A DNA stretch of 50,318 bases from Candidatus Thermosaccharophagus tengchongensis (GTDB lineage: Bacteria; Armatimonadota; Fervidibacteria; Fervidibacterales; Thermosaccharophagaceae), in the NCBI GenBank assembly GCA_032161105.1, contig JAVHTD010000022.1; one strand, given 5' to 3'. The position numbers were made by a program, and so were the translations under genes. The notes beneath the pieces were generated by a model. That model saw nothing but the letters and a program-made list of their open reading frames with translations, searched no databases and was not told where the DNA came from. How positions within the stretch are numbered: the stretch's first letter is position 1; every line of letters begins with the position of its first letter. This document shows positions 20,692 through 30,266 of this stretch, piece after piece.

Positions 20692-20919
20692 TCACTTTGA
20701 TAATGGGCATGTCTGACATGCGCTCGTTGAGGAGCTTGTGCATGACTGACACGAACTCGCATTGCCTTGGCGAGGTATAAAAGCGTTGAATATGCGCTTC
20801 AAACTTTTACTCCCACACGATGCGCACCTGAGATTTCTCTCTCGCTCATCCTTTTCAGAGATACTGCACTCAAGCTCTGTGAAAGCGCCACACTCAAGGC
20901 ACTGATAGTCATAACGCAT
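20692..20919 (-). CDS. FmdB-family zinc-ribbon protein with additional C-terminal CxxC pairs
   Basis: MRYDYQCLECG...CASCGS...KRI...CQSC...CQTC; AGGGGG RBS. Confidence 0.8.
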   Translation of the reverse strand: MRYDYQCLECGAFTELECSISEKDERERNLRCASCGSKSLKRIFNAFIPRQGNASSCQSCTSSSTSACQTCPLSK

Positions 20920-21149
20920 ATTCGCATAACCCCCTTAGATAGCGCACTCATTCGGGATGACATCAGATTAACACACTTACAACCCCCTATCCCACCTGAC
21001 GCCGCTCCACCTTTAACTGCTCATCCCGTCCCTTTACAGTTCGCTCGCCGCTTGGAAACTTGTTTCACCAATTGATGATAGCGCGCAGCTTTGTCCCGTG
21101 TCCCTCAGCTTATGCGAGTTTGGCATGCTGGATTCATTCCTTGAGCGAG

Positions 21150-21824
21150 TTAGCTTCCCGCCAGAATGACAAACAGGTTGAGGAGCAAGTGGATCGCCGA
21201 GTGGATGACAAACATCGGGAGAAAGGAGTTGCAGTGCCATGCGATGAATCCCGAAATCACTCCCCCGGGAAGTGCCGACAAGAACTCCACATGAGGCTTT
21301 CCGATGTGCGCCAACCAAAACGGCAGTGCCTGAACCGCTATCGCCCATGCGCCGATATGACGCTTGAGCGAGAAAAGCATAAAGCCGCGGAAAAGGAACT
21401 CCCACCCAAACATGTAAACCGTCATGCCGATGGAGAATTTGATGAACGCCAAAATGCTATACTTCGCCGGCGTGTGGAATGGGTAGTATGCTTGGAACTG
21501 CGGCATGCGTGCGCACAGGATCAATGCCGGCAACATGGCAACCAGGGCGATGAGTGTCCACATCAGACCGCGCCTTAGGCAGCCAATGCGCAGCCCGACA
21601 TAGCTCCATTGCCAGCCGAGCGCCTTTGTAAGCGCCATAGGGAAGATGAAGCACAACAGGAAGTTGAGGGCGACATACGCCGCAAACTGTTTGTCCCTAT
21701 CTACTGGAATAGTCACTGAGGCAATCACAAGCATGACTGCACAGGAAAAAGCGATGGCGGCTTGCAAACGCTCATCCGATATGACACTGCCATCAATGCG
21801 CTGTGGTGGGGCAGCCTCACTCAT
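21150..21824 (-). CDS. CPBP/CAAX-protease-family intramembrane metalloprotease
   Basis: WEFLFRGF, FWLAH, HSAIH motifs, TM segments. Confidence 0.85.
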   Translation of the reverse strand: MSEAAPPQRIDGSVISDERLQAAIAFSCAVMLVIASVTIPVDRDKQFAAYVALNFLLCFIFPMALTKALGWQWSYVGLRIGCLRRGLMWTLIALVAMLPALILCARMPQFQAYYPFHTPAKYSILAFIKFSIGMTVYMFGWEFLFRGFMLFSLKRHIGAWAIAVQALPFWLAHIGKPHVEFLSALPGGVISGFIAWHCNSFLPMFVIHSAIHLLLNLFVILAGS

Positions 21825-21830
21825 CCCTTC

Positions 21831-22787
21831 TCAGAGCCTCGGGCGCTCAATCTCCATCACGATGTTGCCATTGCGGAATATGCGCACTGTCCCAGTTGAT
21901 GACGATACCGTTATGGCGATGGCACCTGTCATTGCAGTTATGCTCGCTGCTGCCATGTGTCTTGCACCCAAACCCATTGGGACTTCAACCCTGAGCCCAC
22001 CGGGCTGGATGTAAGTGCCAGCCGACTCAACAACGCCATCGCCACGAATGATGAACGCTCCATCAATGGAGCTGAACTCTTTTACGGTTTCCGTTATGTC
22101 GGGGTTGAGGACATTCCTTATGCTCTCATCGTATCCGGCGAATGGGTTAAGCACAAGCTGCGTTGTGTGCGCTTTCACATTCTCAGAATCGCCGATGACG
22201 AACATCGTCCCAACCGGTCTTCCCTCACGCCCTTCAACAGCAAGCTGTATCGCTATCTCAACAATCCGCTCAAAGACCTCTGGCTTAACATCGTCCGAGA
22301 GAAGGTCAGCACCCGATGTGAATAGCTCAAGTTCATCCTTTACCGAGATGAGCATCATGGTGTCAAGGTGTGACGCCCTCGGCTGTCCAGCAAGGCATAT
22401 GAGCACATCATCAGCGTCAATAATGTTCCTCGTCAGGGCGAGCAAAAGCGCAACTTTGATTTGACCGAGCCGTGTGAGGTGAATGCTGGGGAGGTCAACC
22501 GTCCTTTTGAACTTCCCTTTCACCTCATCAGTGAGCATGTCCTCATCGGCGGCGAGTATGCAGCTATCCGTGTCCAAGACACTTTCAATGGCGGGTATGA
22601 TTTCGTGTGAGCTGGCGCAAATGAGCACCGACGAAACATTGGCTTCCTTTGCCACAGCCTTTACAGCCTTGAGCAGCGATTGCGTTGTAACGCCGGAAAT
22701 ACCCTCTGGCGCTTTCACCTTCGCAGCTTCTTGCCTTTCACGCCTTGCCTTTGAGTCATGTCGCTCCCTCTGTTCCTTGCCGGTCAC
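21831..22787 (-). CDS. Diadenylate cyclase (DAC/DisA_N), DacZ-like architecture
   Basis: EGREGRPVGT, IDGAFII, GLGARHMAAASIT, VSSSTGTVRIF; non-membrane N-terminal domain. Confidence 0.85.
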   Translation of the reverse strand: MTGKEQRERHDSKARRERQEAAKVKAPEGISGVTTQSLLKAVKAVAKEANVSSVLICASSHEIIPAIESVLDTDSCILAADEDMLTDEVKGKFKRTVDLPSIHLTRLGQIKVALLLALTRNIIDADDVLICLAGQPRASHLDTMMLISVKDELELFTSGADLLSDDVKPEVFERIVEIAIQLAVEGREGRPVGTMFVIGDSENVKAHTTQLVLNPFAGYDESIRNVLNPDITETVKEFSSIDGAFIIRGDGVVESAGTYIQPGGLRVEVPMGLGARHMAAASITAMTGAIAITVSSSTGTVRIFRNGNIVMEIERPRL

Positions 22788-22803
22788 AAATCGCTCACCC
22801 CGT

Positions 22804-23865
22804 TCACTTGGTCAGCTTCACTTCCCTTTTCTCCTTTGCTGAGCGATAAACTGCATCAAGCATCTTCATGACTGTAACCCCTTGCCACGCATCTGTGAGT
22901 GGTTGCTTGCCTTCAAGTATGCATTCAATGAAGTGTTCAACTTCAGCCTTGTATGGGTTGCCAGCATCCACGCTCAGCGCCTCTGTGGCTGCATAGCCAC
23001 CCATGTCGCGATAAAGCTCAAGTGGTGGGATATGCAATCCGGCACGGGTGCCGTAGATGTCCACTGACAACATTTGTTCCCCTTTGATGTTGAGCATCCA
23101 TGCAATGTCAAACGACATCGTAGCGCCGTTTGCGAACCTGATCATGCCGGTGGCAAACTCCTCAACCTCAAACTCCCCATATGGCTTAAGCCCTTCCTTC
23201 ACATCTGCCGGTTGCCACCCTCCAGGACGAAGGTCTTCAAGTGCTATCTTTGTGTATGTCACCCCGCTGACCCCTACTGGCTCGGGATTCCCCATCAGCC
23301 ACCATGCTAAATCAATCAAGTGAACGCCGACATCCAACAATGCGCCACCTCCGGCATCCTTGCTCGCAAACCAACCCAATGGTGCGCCGCGCCTTCTCAA
23401 ATACACTGCGCGCCCGTAGTAGACCTCCCCCAGCTCCCCATTTGCGATCATCTCCCTTGCGAGCTTCGTGTCAGCCCTGTATCGCCATTGCAGGGCATAC
23501 ATGAGCAGGCGTGAGTTCCTCTCGCTCGCCTCAGCCATCCTTTGAGCCTCTCTCGCATTCCTCGCCGGTGGCTTCTCGCACAGCACATGCTTACCGCTGT
23601 TGAGGGCAGCTATTGCCACCTCAGCGTGCAAGTTTGTGGGGAGAGCAATGCACACGGCATCCACATCATCGCGTTTGAGCAATTCACGGTAGTCGTCATA
23701 AACATACGGTATGCCGTATATCATTGCCGTGCGTTGCGCCCTTTCCTTGACAACATCGCAAACTGCCAGAAGCTCAGCATTCGGATGCGCCTTGAAGTTG
23801 GGTAGGTGCGCAGCCTGAGCTATCTCACCGGCACCGATTATCGCCACCCTCACCTTCCCACTCAT
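22804..23865 (-). CDS. Gfo/Idh/MocA family oxidoreductase
   Basis: IIGAGEIA, GKHVLCEKP, GGGALLDVGVH. Confidence 0.9.
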   Translation of the reverse strand: MSGKVRVAIIGAGEIAQAAHLPNFKAHPNAELLAVCDVVKERAQRTAMIYGIPYVYDDYRELLKRDDVDAVCIALPTNLHAEVAIAALNSGKHVLCEKPPARNAREAQRMAEASERNSRLLMYALQWRYRADTKLAREMIANGELGEVYYGRAVYLRRRGAPLGWFASKDAGGGALLDVGVHLIDLAWWLMGNPEPVGVSGVTYTKIALEDLRPGGWQPADVKEGLKPYGEFEVEEFATGMIRFANGATMSFDIAWMLNIKGEQMLSVDIYGTRAGLHIPPLELYRDMGGYAATEALSVDAGNPYKAEVEHFIECILEGKQPLTDAWQGVTVMKMLDAVYRSAKEKREVKLTK

Positions 23866-24020
23866 TGCCTCACCACACCTCTTTGCCAAGGTTTGTATAG
23901 TGAGCGCCTCCGTCAGGCTTTGGCTGTGCCTTTAACATGCCAAATCCTTCAATGCCCAATTTTAGCCTCTGTGGCATTTGGGGCGTTACCGAATGCCATC
24001 AAAATCAAGTTGTCCAATCC

Positions 24021-24794
24021 TCATTGGTTGCGCAGCTGGCTCAGGACATGTTTGACAGCTCCATCTGCAGCGGCACTCATAAAGCGCAGCTCAGAACTTA
24101 TCGCGACAAATTTGAATCCCTGCCTTATGCGCTCAACAGCTTCATCGGCATCAACGCAATGTATCCCAGCTGGCTTGCCAACATCGTTTGCCACATTGAG
24201 CACATGTTCAACTGCTTCAATCCACCTTCTCTCTTTCCTGAAGTTGGTGTGCAGCAATCCAAGCGAAGCTGCAAGGTCATTCGGTCCGATGAAGCAGCCG
24301 TCAACACCGTCAACGCCCAATATTTCCCTTGCGCGCTCAACTGCTATGAAGTGCTCAATCTGAACTATGAGGCAAATCTCATCGTTGGCTTTCCGAAAGT
24401 AATCTGAGCCGTGCAAGTTCGGCGCGAGTGCGCCACCAGCTGACCTCATTCCAACTGGGGGGAAAAAGGAAGCCCTCACAGCTGCGGTTGCCTCTTCGGC
24501 ATTGCAAACCATAGGGACAATGATCCCGAGCGCACCTGCATCCAAAGCTCGCTTAATCAACATTGGGTCATTCCAAGCCACTCGCACAAATGGTATGCAT
24601 TCAGTGAGGCATATTGCCTGAATGCAATGGAGCATCGCATCGTATCCCATTTGACCGTGCTCTGTGTCTATGACCAGCCACTCAAAGCCGCTGCGAGCCA
24701 TGATAAGCGATGCCGTCGGTGAGCCGAGGGAGAGCCATGCGCCGATTGTCACTTCGCCCTTCCTCAGCTTCTCCTTGACGGTGTTATGGCGCAT
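24021..24794 (-). CDS. HpcH/HpaI aldolase family protein
   Basis: WLVIDTEH, KRALDAGA.GIIVPMV, QIE, FIGPNDL. Confidence 0.9.
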   Translation of the reverse strand: MRHNTVKEKLRKGEVTIGAWLSLGSPTASLIMARSGFEWLVIDTEHGQMGYDAMLHCIQAICLTECIPFVRVAWNDPMLIKRALDAGALGIIVPMVCNAEEATAAVRASFFPPVGMRSAGGALAPNLHGSDYFRKANDEICLIVQIEHFIAVERAREILGVDGVDGCFIGPNDLAASLGLLHTNFRKERRWIEAVEHVLNVANDVGKPAGIHCVDADEAVERIRQGFKFVAISSELRFMSAAADGAVKHVLSQLRNQ

Positions 24795-24902
24795 TGATGT
24801 TTCACCCCTTGCCCAAGCTATCCGACTGCCAAAAGCCACTCGGATGGGTAATTTGTCATGTTCCATCTTGCGCGCCCTTGTTGAGTTCAAGTTCAAAAGC
24901 CA

Positions 24903-27644
24903 TCAAGCCAACGGCTGCAGCTCCTTAAGCATATCAAGGCGGCTTTTCAGTCGCTCCAATTGCTCCCTCAGGTTAGCCTCGCGAGCCCTTTCCGCCTCAA
25001 TGACATCACTCGGTGCATTTTGCAGGAAGCGCTCGTTTTGCAGCCTGTGAGTCACCCGCTCAAGTTCGGACATCACCTTTGCAAGTTGCTTGCTCACCCT
25101 CTCCACCTCCTTGTTCACATCCACCACGCCGCTCAACGGCACATAGACCTCAACGCCCCTCAAGGCTATTGATGCTGCAAGTTTTGGGCGTGCCTCTTCA
25201 ATGCCGTGAAATTCAATGCCCTTCAGCTGAGCGAGGGAGGCTATCCACCAGAGGTTATCCTCAATAAGCTGTTTGGCGCTCTCATCCGAAACGAAGAGGA
25301 GGGCATCACAGGGCGTTCTCGGAAAGCCCATCTCCGACTTGATGTTCCTTATTGCCGACACAAGTTCCGTCAGCCAATCCATCTTCACTTCCGCTTCAAC
25401 ATCAATTAACCCTTCGTCAACCTTTGGGAATGGGGAGACCATTATGCTCTCGCCTTCATGTGGCAGGTGTTGCCATAGCTCCTCGGTGACGAATGGCATG
25501 AATGGATGCAGCAACCTGAGGGCGCAATCAAGCACCTTGCAGAGGATGGCTTTCGCAATCATTCCGCGCTCCGAATCAGCCCCAGAGATGGCGCACTTGC
25601 TGATCTCAATATACCAATCGCAGAACTCGTCCCAGACGAAGTCATAGACTGCCTTTGCAGCCCTGTCAAATTCACATTCCTCAAGGTGGCGGTTGACCGA
25701 TGAGATGGCGCGCTGCAACCTGCTGAGAATCCACCTGTCCGGCAGAGTCAGCGGCAGGCGCTTTAACTCCGGCATTGCCGGCAACTGTGGTAATGCCTCA
25801 TCACTGATGTTCATGAGCACGAAGCGAGTTGCATTCCAGACTTTGTTAGCGAAGTCCCTCGCCATATCAAGCCTCTCTTCGCTGAACCTTATATCCTGAC
25901 CGAGTTCGCATTGTATGATTAGCCCAAAGCGCAGCGCATCAGCTCCATAGCGCTCAATCAAGTCAAGCGGGTCAATGCCCGTCCCGAGCGATTTGCTCAT
26001 GCGTTTTCCTTCCCTCGTCAGGATCGTCGGGTGAACATAGACCGTGCGGAATGGTATGTCGTTGGCGAACTTCAACCCGGTCATGATCATCCGTGCGACC
26101 CATAGGTAGAGGATGTCCCTTGCGGTTATCATCAAGTCAGTCGGATAAAAGACATCAAGTTCCCTCGTCCTGTCTGGCCATCCAAGCGTGGCATGTGGCC
26201 ATATGGCTGAGCTGAACCATGTGTCAAGCACATCCGAGTCTTGAATGATGTTTTTGCTCCCGCACTTCGGGCAGCAGCCTGGTGGCTCAATCGCAACAAA
26301 CCACTCGGCATCAACATCCGCCCTTATTCGCACCTCGCCAGTCGGCAGGTGCCATTCCCTGACCCTGTCACCATTGCAATCTCGGCAATACCAAACCGGG
26401 ATGCGATGCCCCCACCATATCTGCCTTGATATGCACCAGTCCCTTATGTTCTCAAGCCATTCAATCGTCATTCTCGCAAAGCGTTCCGGGACATACTTTA
26501 TCTTCCCGCTCCGTATGACCTCAATTGCCGGCTCCGCGAGCGGCTTCATGTGCACAAACCATTGCACCGATAGTAGAGGCTCAATTGCAGTCCCACACCG
26601 ATAGCATAGTGCAAGTGGCACTTCATATTCTTCAGTGCGGATGAGCAATCCTTCCCTATCAAGCTCCTCAACGACTGCTTTGCGGCATTCGTATCTGTCC
26701 ATGCCGGCGAACTTACCAGCTTGCTCCGTCATCCTTCCGAACTCATCAATCACCATGACCTTATCCAAGCCATGCCTTTCACCTATCTCAAAGTCGGTGG
26801 CGTCGTGAGCCGGCGTCACTTTAACGGCACCCGTGCCAAATGATGGGTCAACTCTATCGTCGGCTATGATCGGGATCGGTCTCCACATGAGCGGCAAAAT
26901 TACGGTTGAGCCAATGAGGTGTTTATAACGCTCATCACTTGGGTGGACGGCAACGGCTGTATCTCCGAGCATCGTCTCGGGGCGAGTTGTGGCGACAGCT
27001 ATACCATAGCTCCCATCGGAAGCAGGGTAGCGTATGAACCAAAGCTTTGATGGATGAGTTTCATGCTCAACTTCAAGGTCGCTCAATGCGGTCAGGCATC
27101 TCGGACACCAGTTGATAACCCTGTGACCGCGGTAAATCAAGCCTTCGCTTGCCAACTGAGCAAATGTCATTAGCACAGCTTTGGCATAGTTGTCATCCAT
27201 TGTGAAGCGCTCACGGCGCCAGTCGTATGAGCATCCGAGCTTGCGAAGTTGACTCAATATCACACCGCCATATTGCTCCTTCCACTCCCATACCCTCTTT
27301 AGGAACTCATCCCGCCCAAGTTGATGTCTTGTCTTGCCCTCCTTGGCGAGCTCCTTCTCAACGACAACCTGCGTTGCGATGCCGGCGTGGTCTGTTCCCG
27401 GAAGGCATAGGACATTCTTTCCGAGCATCCGTTGCCATCTGACGACAATGTCATGTATCGTATGGTTGAGCGCGTGTCCCATGTGGAGTGAGCCAGTCAC
27501 ATTCGGTGGCGGTATTGTGATGCAATATGGCGTGCGCTTATCGTCAGCATCAGCGTAAAAGTAGCCGGCTCTCTCCCAACGCTCATACCACTTTGCCTCA
27601 ACATCTTTTGGATTGTATGCCTTCGGGAGGAGCACCTTTGGCAT
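24903..27644 (-). CDS. valS: Valine--tRNA ligase
   Basis: PPPNVTGSLHMGH, WCISRQIWWGH, DTWFSS, RMSKS, C-terminal coiled arm; start at MPKVLLPKAY. Confidence 0.97.
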   Translation of the reverse strand: MPKVLLPKAYNPKDVEAKWYERWERAGYFYADADDKRTPYCITIPPPNVTGSLHMGHALNHTIHDIVVRWQRMLGKNVLCLPGTDHAGIATQVVVEKELAKEGKTRHQLGRDEFLKRVWEWKEQYGGVILSQLRKLGCSYDWRRERFTMDDNYAKAVLMTFAQLASEGLIYRGHRVINWCPRCLTALSDLEVEHETHPSKLWFIRYPASDGSYGIAVATTRPETMLGDTAVAVHPSDERYKHLIGSTVILPLMWRPIPIIADDRVDPSFGTGAVKVTPAHDATDFEIGERHGLDKVMVIDEFGRMTEQAGKFAGMDRYECRKAVVEELDREGLLIRTEEYEVPLALCYRCGTAIEPLLSVQWFVHMKPLAEPAIEVIRSGKIKYVPERFARMTIEWLENIRDWCISRQIWWGHRIPVWYCRDCNGDRVREWHLPTGEVRIRADVDAEWFVAIEPPGCCPKCGSKNIIQDSDVLDTWFSSAIWPHATLGWPDRTRELDVFYPTDLMITARDILYLWVARMIMTGLKFANDIPFRTVYVHPTILTREGKRMSKSLGTGIDPLDLIERYGADALRFGLIIQCELGQDIRFSEERLDMARDFANKVWNATRFVLMNISDEALPQLPAMPELKRLPLTLPDRWILSRLQRAISSVNRHLEECEFDRAAKAVYDFVWDEFCDWYIEISKCAISGADSERGMIAKAILCKVLDCALRLLHPFMPFVTEELWQHLPHEGESIMVSPFPKVDEGLIDVEAEVKMDWLTELVSAIRNIKSEMGFPRTPCDALLFVSDESAKQLIEDNLWWIASLAQLKGIEFHGIEEARPKLAASIALRGVEVYVPLSGVVDVNKEVERVSKQLAKVMSELERVTHRLQNERFLQNAPSDVIEAERAREANLREQLERLKSRLDMLKELQPLA

Positions 27645-27813
27645 GCTTTGAAAGCACCTCGCTAATTGCGTGATGGTGAGGCGAGTTGGCGCACTGCCTC
27701 GGCTCATCGCATACATTATGCTGCGTTAGCAAGCTGCATTTGCTGATACATCTTTTGGGTTTCGCTGAAGGAAAGCGGTGGCTGAAACTCAGCGACATGT
27801 GCCTGCGCAGGAA

Positions 27814-28401
27814 TTACACCGCCCTCTTACCGGCTTCGCCGAAGCGCTTGATGAACTCGTTCAGGAAAGGCTTTAGGGTTTGCTCGTCAATTATGGTTAT
27901 GCGTATTGTGCGCAGCTTGCTTCCCTCGTGTTCAGAGCAAAAGTCAACGATGGCTTGCAGGATGACAGATGCGCACCTATCTTTTGGGAAGCCGAATATG
28001 CCGGCGCTTATTGCCGGCAGCGCTATGCTCTCAAATCCCTTCTCATCAGCCAGCTTCAGGCTCTTGTAGACAGCGCTCCTCAGCTTCTCATCTTCGTTGC
28101 CTTCGCCCCATTGAGGTCCGACAGCGTGAATGACAGCTTTGGCTGGCAATGCGCCCGCCGTCGTTATCGCCACCTCTCCAACTGGCACATAGCCGATGCG
28201 GTCGCTCTCCTCTTGAATGATCTTGCCGCCCTTGCGGACTATAGCTCCGGCGACTCCGCCGCCATGTTTCAAGAAGGAGTTTGCCGCGTTGACTATCGCG
28301 TCCACGGCTTCCTCCGTTATGTCGCCGTGAACGAGTTGCAATAGATGCCCAGATGACAACCTGTGTTCGTAAACCACCTCGTTCAATTTCACCACCCCCA
28401 T
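27814..28401 (-). CDS. Macro domain protein (YmdB-like ADP-ribose-binding/hydrolase)
   Basis: GDIT...AIVNAAN..LKHGGGVAGAI, HAVGP, PAISAGIFGFP. Confidence 0.92.
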   Translation of the reverse strand: MGVVKLNEVVYEHRLSSGHLLQLVHGDITEEAVDAIVNAANSFLKHGGGVAGAIVRKGGKIIQEESDRIGYVPVGEVAITTAGALPAKAVIHAVGPQWGEGNEDEKLRSAVYKSLKLADEKGFESIALPAISAGIFGFPKDRCASVILQAIVDFCSEHEGSKLRTIRITIIDEQTLKPFLNEFIKRFGEAGKRAV

Positions 28402-28454
28402 CCGCTGAGGAGTCTACCGTCAACCATTTCACAAGTTGGCTTCAAAATGGTTTC

Positions 28455-28475
28455 GCATGGCAATCGGTGCCATGC
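28455..28475. promoter_or_regulatory. Inverted repeat GCATGGCA-N5-TGCCATGC in divergent intergenic region
   Basis: Perfect 8-bp arms with a 5-nt spacer between the macro gene and the kaiC-like gene. Confidence 0.4.
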
Positions 28476-28589
28476 CAAAAAGCCGTAATGCATTTTACTG
28501 CCAAAGTTGTGTCCGTTAAAATCGCCATTGGGTGAAGTGCCCTCGGAATTGCGACAATGCCCAAGGGCTATCTCATGAGGGATGCCAAT

Positions 28590-30236
28590 ATGAACGAGAG
28601 GGTGACAACAGGCGTAATTGGCTTAGACGAGATACTCAACGGTGGCGTGCTCAGGGGCAATTCTGTGCTTGTTGAAGGTCCTCCTGGGAGCGGCAAGACG
28701 ACGCTCGGCTTGCAATTCATCGTTCACGGGATAACGCAATGTGGTGAGAATGGCATCGTCTTCACATTTGAGCAATTCCCGGAGCAGCTTTACAGGGACG
28801 CAATGGCATTCGGTTGGGATTTGAGGCGCATGGAGGAGGATGGAAAGCTGCGCATCGTGTGCACATCGCCGCCACTGCTTGAGAGGATGGTGCGCTCGCC
28901 TGATGGGCTGCTTGAGAGGATGCGTGACGAGATAGGTGCAAAGCGAATACTTGTTGACAGCATTACACATCTTCATCGCATCACCGAAAACCAAGTGCAG
29001 CTTCGTGAATTACTCCACTCGCTTGTTAATGGACTCAAGCTGCTCGGCTTCACATCGCTGCTGACGAAGGAGATGACAACCCACGAACCGAGCGCAATTG
29101 ATTTTGAGGAGTATGTGGTTGACACTGTGATAAGGCTGAACCACATCACGCTGGCTGGCACGCGCGGTGCAAGGCGCTGGCTTGAAGTGAGGAAGGCGAG
29201 GGGACAGAGCTTCATTGAGGGACGCCATCCATACAGGATAACCGACTCCGGAATTTGTGTCTTCCCATGCCCGCGCCCTAAGAGGGCGAATTTGAAGGTG
29301 AGGAAAAAGAGGGCGAGGGATTTTGAAAGGGTGTCAAGTGGGGTTCCGGGGTTGGATGAACTCCTGATGGGCGGTTATGTGAGGAGCACAACGACGCTCA
29401 TAGCTGGACCATCGGGCGCCGGAAAGACAATGCTCGCTTTGCACTTCCTCATTGATGGCGCTGCAAAGGGTGAGCGTGGATTGCTCCTGACATTCCAAGA
29501 GAGCCCAAATCGTTTGCTCCAAATGATGCGCACGATTGATCCAGCCTCTCAAAGCTATGTAAGGCGTGGCGTGGTTCGCATTGAACATGTTTTTCCGATG
29601 AGCGTGAGTGCTGAGGAGGTAATTCATCAGCTCGTAAAGTGGTGCGGCGAGCTGCGCATAAGAAGGCTCGTCATAGACAGCCTTTCCGATTTGCTCAGCT
29701 CAGTTGATGATGAATTGGCTGCGAGGGATTTGGCATACTCTCTCGTCAAGCTCTTGGAGTGGATGGGGGTTACAACGCTCGTCACATACGAACTGACACA
29801 GGTGGCTGGAGTGACGAGCATCTCCGAGGTCGGTTTTTCATTCATCGCCGACGCGATCATCTACATAGGCTTTGCCGAAATTGAAAGCGAGGTCGCAAAG
29901 GTCATAAGCGTTCTCAAGCTTCGCGGTTGTCAGCATCAGGCGGACTTGCGCCGGTTGCTCATCACTGATAGCGGACTCAAAGTCGGGACTAAGTTCACAG
30001 GTCTATCCGGTGTGTTGCAGGGGGCGCCAATCGGGCATTATCGCGAAACGATTGATGAGATACTTCAACCGCTCACATTCATTAGCGACTTCGTTGATGT
30101 GCTTTCGGATGAGACGCTGAGCAGTGAGAGGAGAAGGGAAGTGCTCGTTGACATGAAGGAGCAGGTTGAGAGGTTGATAAGGTTTCTCTGCGAGAAGTAT
30201 GATGTTGACTACGAGGTGCTGTCTGGCAACCCGTAG
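28590..30236 (+). CDS. Double-domain KaiC-family ATPase with C-terminal DHp-like helical extension
   Basis: Two RecA-like domains: TGVIGLD...GPPGSGKT and SGVPGLD...GPSGAGKT; KARG and KLRG fingers; ATG 28590 after GAGGGA. Confidence 0.9.
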   Translation: MNERVTTGVIGLDEILNGGVLRGNSVLVEGPPGSGKTTLGLQFIVHGITQCGENGIVFTFEQFPEQLYRDAMAFGWDLRRMEEDGKLRIVCTSPPLLERMVRSPDGLLERMRDEIGAKRILVDSITHLHRITENQVQLRELLHSLVNGLKLLGFTSLLTKEMTTHEPSAIDFEEYVVDTVIRLNHITLAGTRGARRWLEVRKARGQSFIEGRHPYRITDSGICVFPCPRPKRANLKVRKKRARDFERVSSGVPGLDELLMGGYVRSTTTLIAGPSGAGKTMLALHFLIDGAAKGERGLLLTFQESPNRLLQMMRTIDPASQSYVRRGVVRIEHVFPMSVSAEEVIHQLVKWCGELRIRRLVIDSLSDLLSSVDDELAARDLAYSLVKLLEWMGVTTLVTYELTQVAGVTSISEVGFSFIADAIIYIGFAEIESEVAKVISVLKLRGCQHQADLRRLLITDSGLKVGTKFTGLSGVLQGAPIGHYRETIDEILQPLTFISDFVDVLSDETLSSERRREVLVDMKEQVERLIRFLCEKYDVDYEVLSGNP

Positions 30237-30266
30237 CAGGAAATGGATTGCTGGAGGTTGACCTGA

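Noticed and set aside
20543..20694. Selenocysteine read-through of the FmdB TGA, or a small ORF before pstC
   Set aside because: Read-through peptide is featureless, there is no convincing SECIS, and the TGA is not at a Cys-equivalent position
27645..27813. T-box leader upstream of valS
   Set aside because: No T-box consensus (AAGGTGGxACC-type) or terminator/antiterminator seen
28590..30236. Canonical circadian clock locus
   Set aside because: No kaiA or kaiB adjacent, and the ST phospho-site is incomplete
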